A stretch of DNA of 64,000 nucleotides from Eledone cirrhosa (taxonomy: Eukaryota): contig OZ024753.1 in assembly GCA_964016885.1 (NCBI GenBank), positions 20,956,001 to 21,020,000 on the forward strand. Direction: 5' to 3'. The notes under the pieces are model-generated. The model saw only the letters and a list, made by a program, of their open reading frames with translations. It did not search any database and was not told the DNA's origin. Below, one piece after another: positions 62,352-64,000 of this stretch; the first letter of the stretch is position 1, and every line of letters begins with the position of its first letter. The position numbers were made by a program, and so were the translations under genes.

Positions 62352-64000
62352 ATAGCAGAGGTACTGGCGTTGCCCAGTATAACTCTCAATGAAGTAGTTC
62401 AAATGAACCGAAAGACTTCCATTAAACACGACTATAGAAGTAACAATTTATAGGTGTTGGCCCTAAAGAGGGCCTTTGAACGTTCACTTTGAAATATCTC
62501 TGCGGCGGTGCTGCCAGCAAAGATGAATCTGATGGTAACAATTTAAACTTAGTGGTCCTGAAGAGGGCCTTGGATCGTTTACACTTAAAAGTCCCAGCGG
62601 CAGAGCTGTCATCAAAGACGACTCCGATTAGAGGTGGTGGCCCTTAAGAAGCCCTTCCCACCACTTTCGTGTGTCGTATTTGCTTTGCTTGTTATTTGAG
62701 ATTGTAACCTAGAAAAGCATGTAACAGTCGGTGGCCACAAAAACGGCCTTGGCAAGATCACGCTGGAATGTCAAAAAAATAAATGTGTAAATAAGATGTA
62801 GGGAAAAGTAGATTAATTAGGTTAAAACTACGGAACATCGATAGCAAAGCGTAATAGCAACATATAAATGCGGAAAATGGAGACATTGAACATTTATAAC
62901 GTATAGCAAAAGCAACCTCAGAGGTGTACGTGGTATTGTCAAAAGGACAAAAATAGCACATGGATACAGCAAATGTAAGCACTTGTAAAAAAAAAAAACA
63001 GCGATTGCTTGTTGGCAGATGGGGTGCTTACAAAACTTCCTTATAGACTATATTTTGGGCATTCTAGAGTCTGACCGCAGTCCATTTACATCTTCGGTGA
63101 GACGCCTTTGCTTAGACCTACTTGGATCATTAGATAATCGACCAATCAAAGTTCTTTTCTTGGGAGGCATTGTTTTTAGAAAATTAACCAGGAGAACGAT
63201 AAATAGTGGACAAATAACGTTTAAGTAACCAAATCTAAACACGGATATAAATTGTGAAAAAATGTGATAAATCTATGTGGTCTGAGAAAGTTTTGCAAGA
63301 TTTTGTGTACCAGTCAAATTTCAGGTTTTAAGTTAGGGCAACGCAGCGTATGGACTACCTGTGATAAAGGAAATTAAATAGTGTGGCTACAGTGGTAGGT
63401 ATATAAGTGTCAGTATGCTTGTTCAGTTCGAACATAGCAATATGTAAGTACTAACCATTGAAAGGATACAGGCAAAAATGGCCGAAAAATCACAACATGA
63501 TAAACTGGAACCTTATGACCATAAACACATTAACTAAACCTCCTTTAAGGTGACAAATGTTGAAGAAGCATGCGTTTCAGAAACATGGGGTAGCTTATGA
63601 GAGTATGCATGTAAAAACACCTACCACTTGTCAAAAGCCAAAAAAGAAGTGTGATCCTAGGTCGAAATTGACCGATATAAATAGGAGTGATTTCGCTCAA
63701 TGAACAACACTCGAGTTGTCTGATTGGTTAGATAATACAAATAAAGGTGATGAAATCTACTGAACACAACTCACTGATGTGTGGTTGGCCAGAGGTCGCC
63801 ATTTTGCACTTAATTGAGGTGCAATTAAACGGGGAGACAACCAGGTGCCAAAACTAATCAATCATTCGCACAGTTTAGGCATGAGTGTGAAATAGCACAA
63901 TCCACATACAGTAGGTGTTAAAATTTACACCTGAGTTAAATCACGCTTTCTTGGTTAGGCATGTGAAATGATGCCAAAGTTCAAGGAAAAAAATTTAACC
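62352..64000 (-). mobile_element. Putative Helitron-derived element running off the window
   Basis: Minus-strand 3' end tactgg-gcaacg-ccagta-cctctgcta (hairpin plus CTA(G)-like end). Short basic ORF MPPKKRTLIGRLSN at ~63170 and a CCAAT motif upstream. Confidence 0.45.

Overview
This is AT-rich, almost entirely transposon-derived animal DNA. The SINE and RTE repertoire and dense (TA)n, (TAGA)n and (CAT)n microsatellites suggest an octopus or other coleoid cephalopod (inference). I recognise no host protein-coding gene, and most ORF-track entries are microsatellite or antisense artefacts. Non-LTR content: a CRE-type LINE interrupted by a CsRn1-like gag-protease fragment, seven decayed RTE LINE bodies plus isolated RTE tails, an RTE/BovB-like 3' end with three C2H2 fingers, and an L1/Tx1 cluster with one near full-length copy (35.6-41.4 kb). 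There are also two tRNA-derived SINE families. LTR content: a full-length but frameshifted Gypsy-like element (46.9-50.9 kb) and a non-autonomous element flanked by a 103-bp duplication. DNA transposons: mariner, hAT and Helitron-like remnants. The most striking signal is about a dozen palindromes or inverted repeats of mostly unrelated sequence, most next to (TA)n tracts. They carry or are centred on type I hammerhead-ribozyme motifs typical of Penelope-like element (PLE) termini. Several inversion points fall in the ribozyme stem II, and one falls exactly at the predicted cleavage site. Coordinates were read by eye, so element boundaries are approximate unless a terminal motif is quoted.
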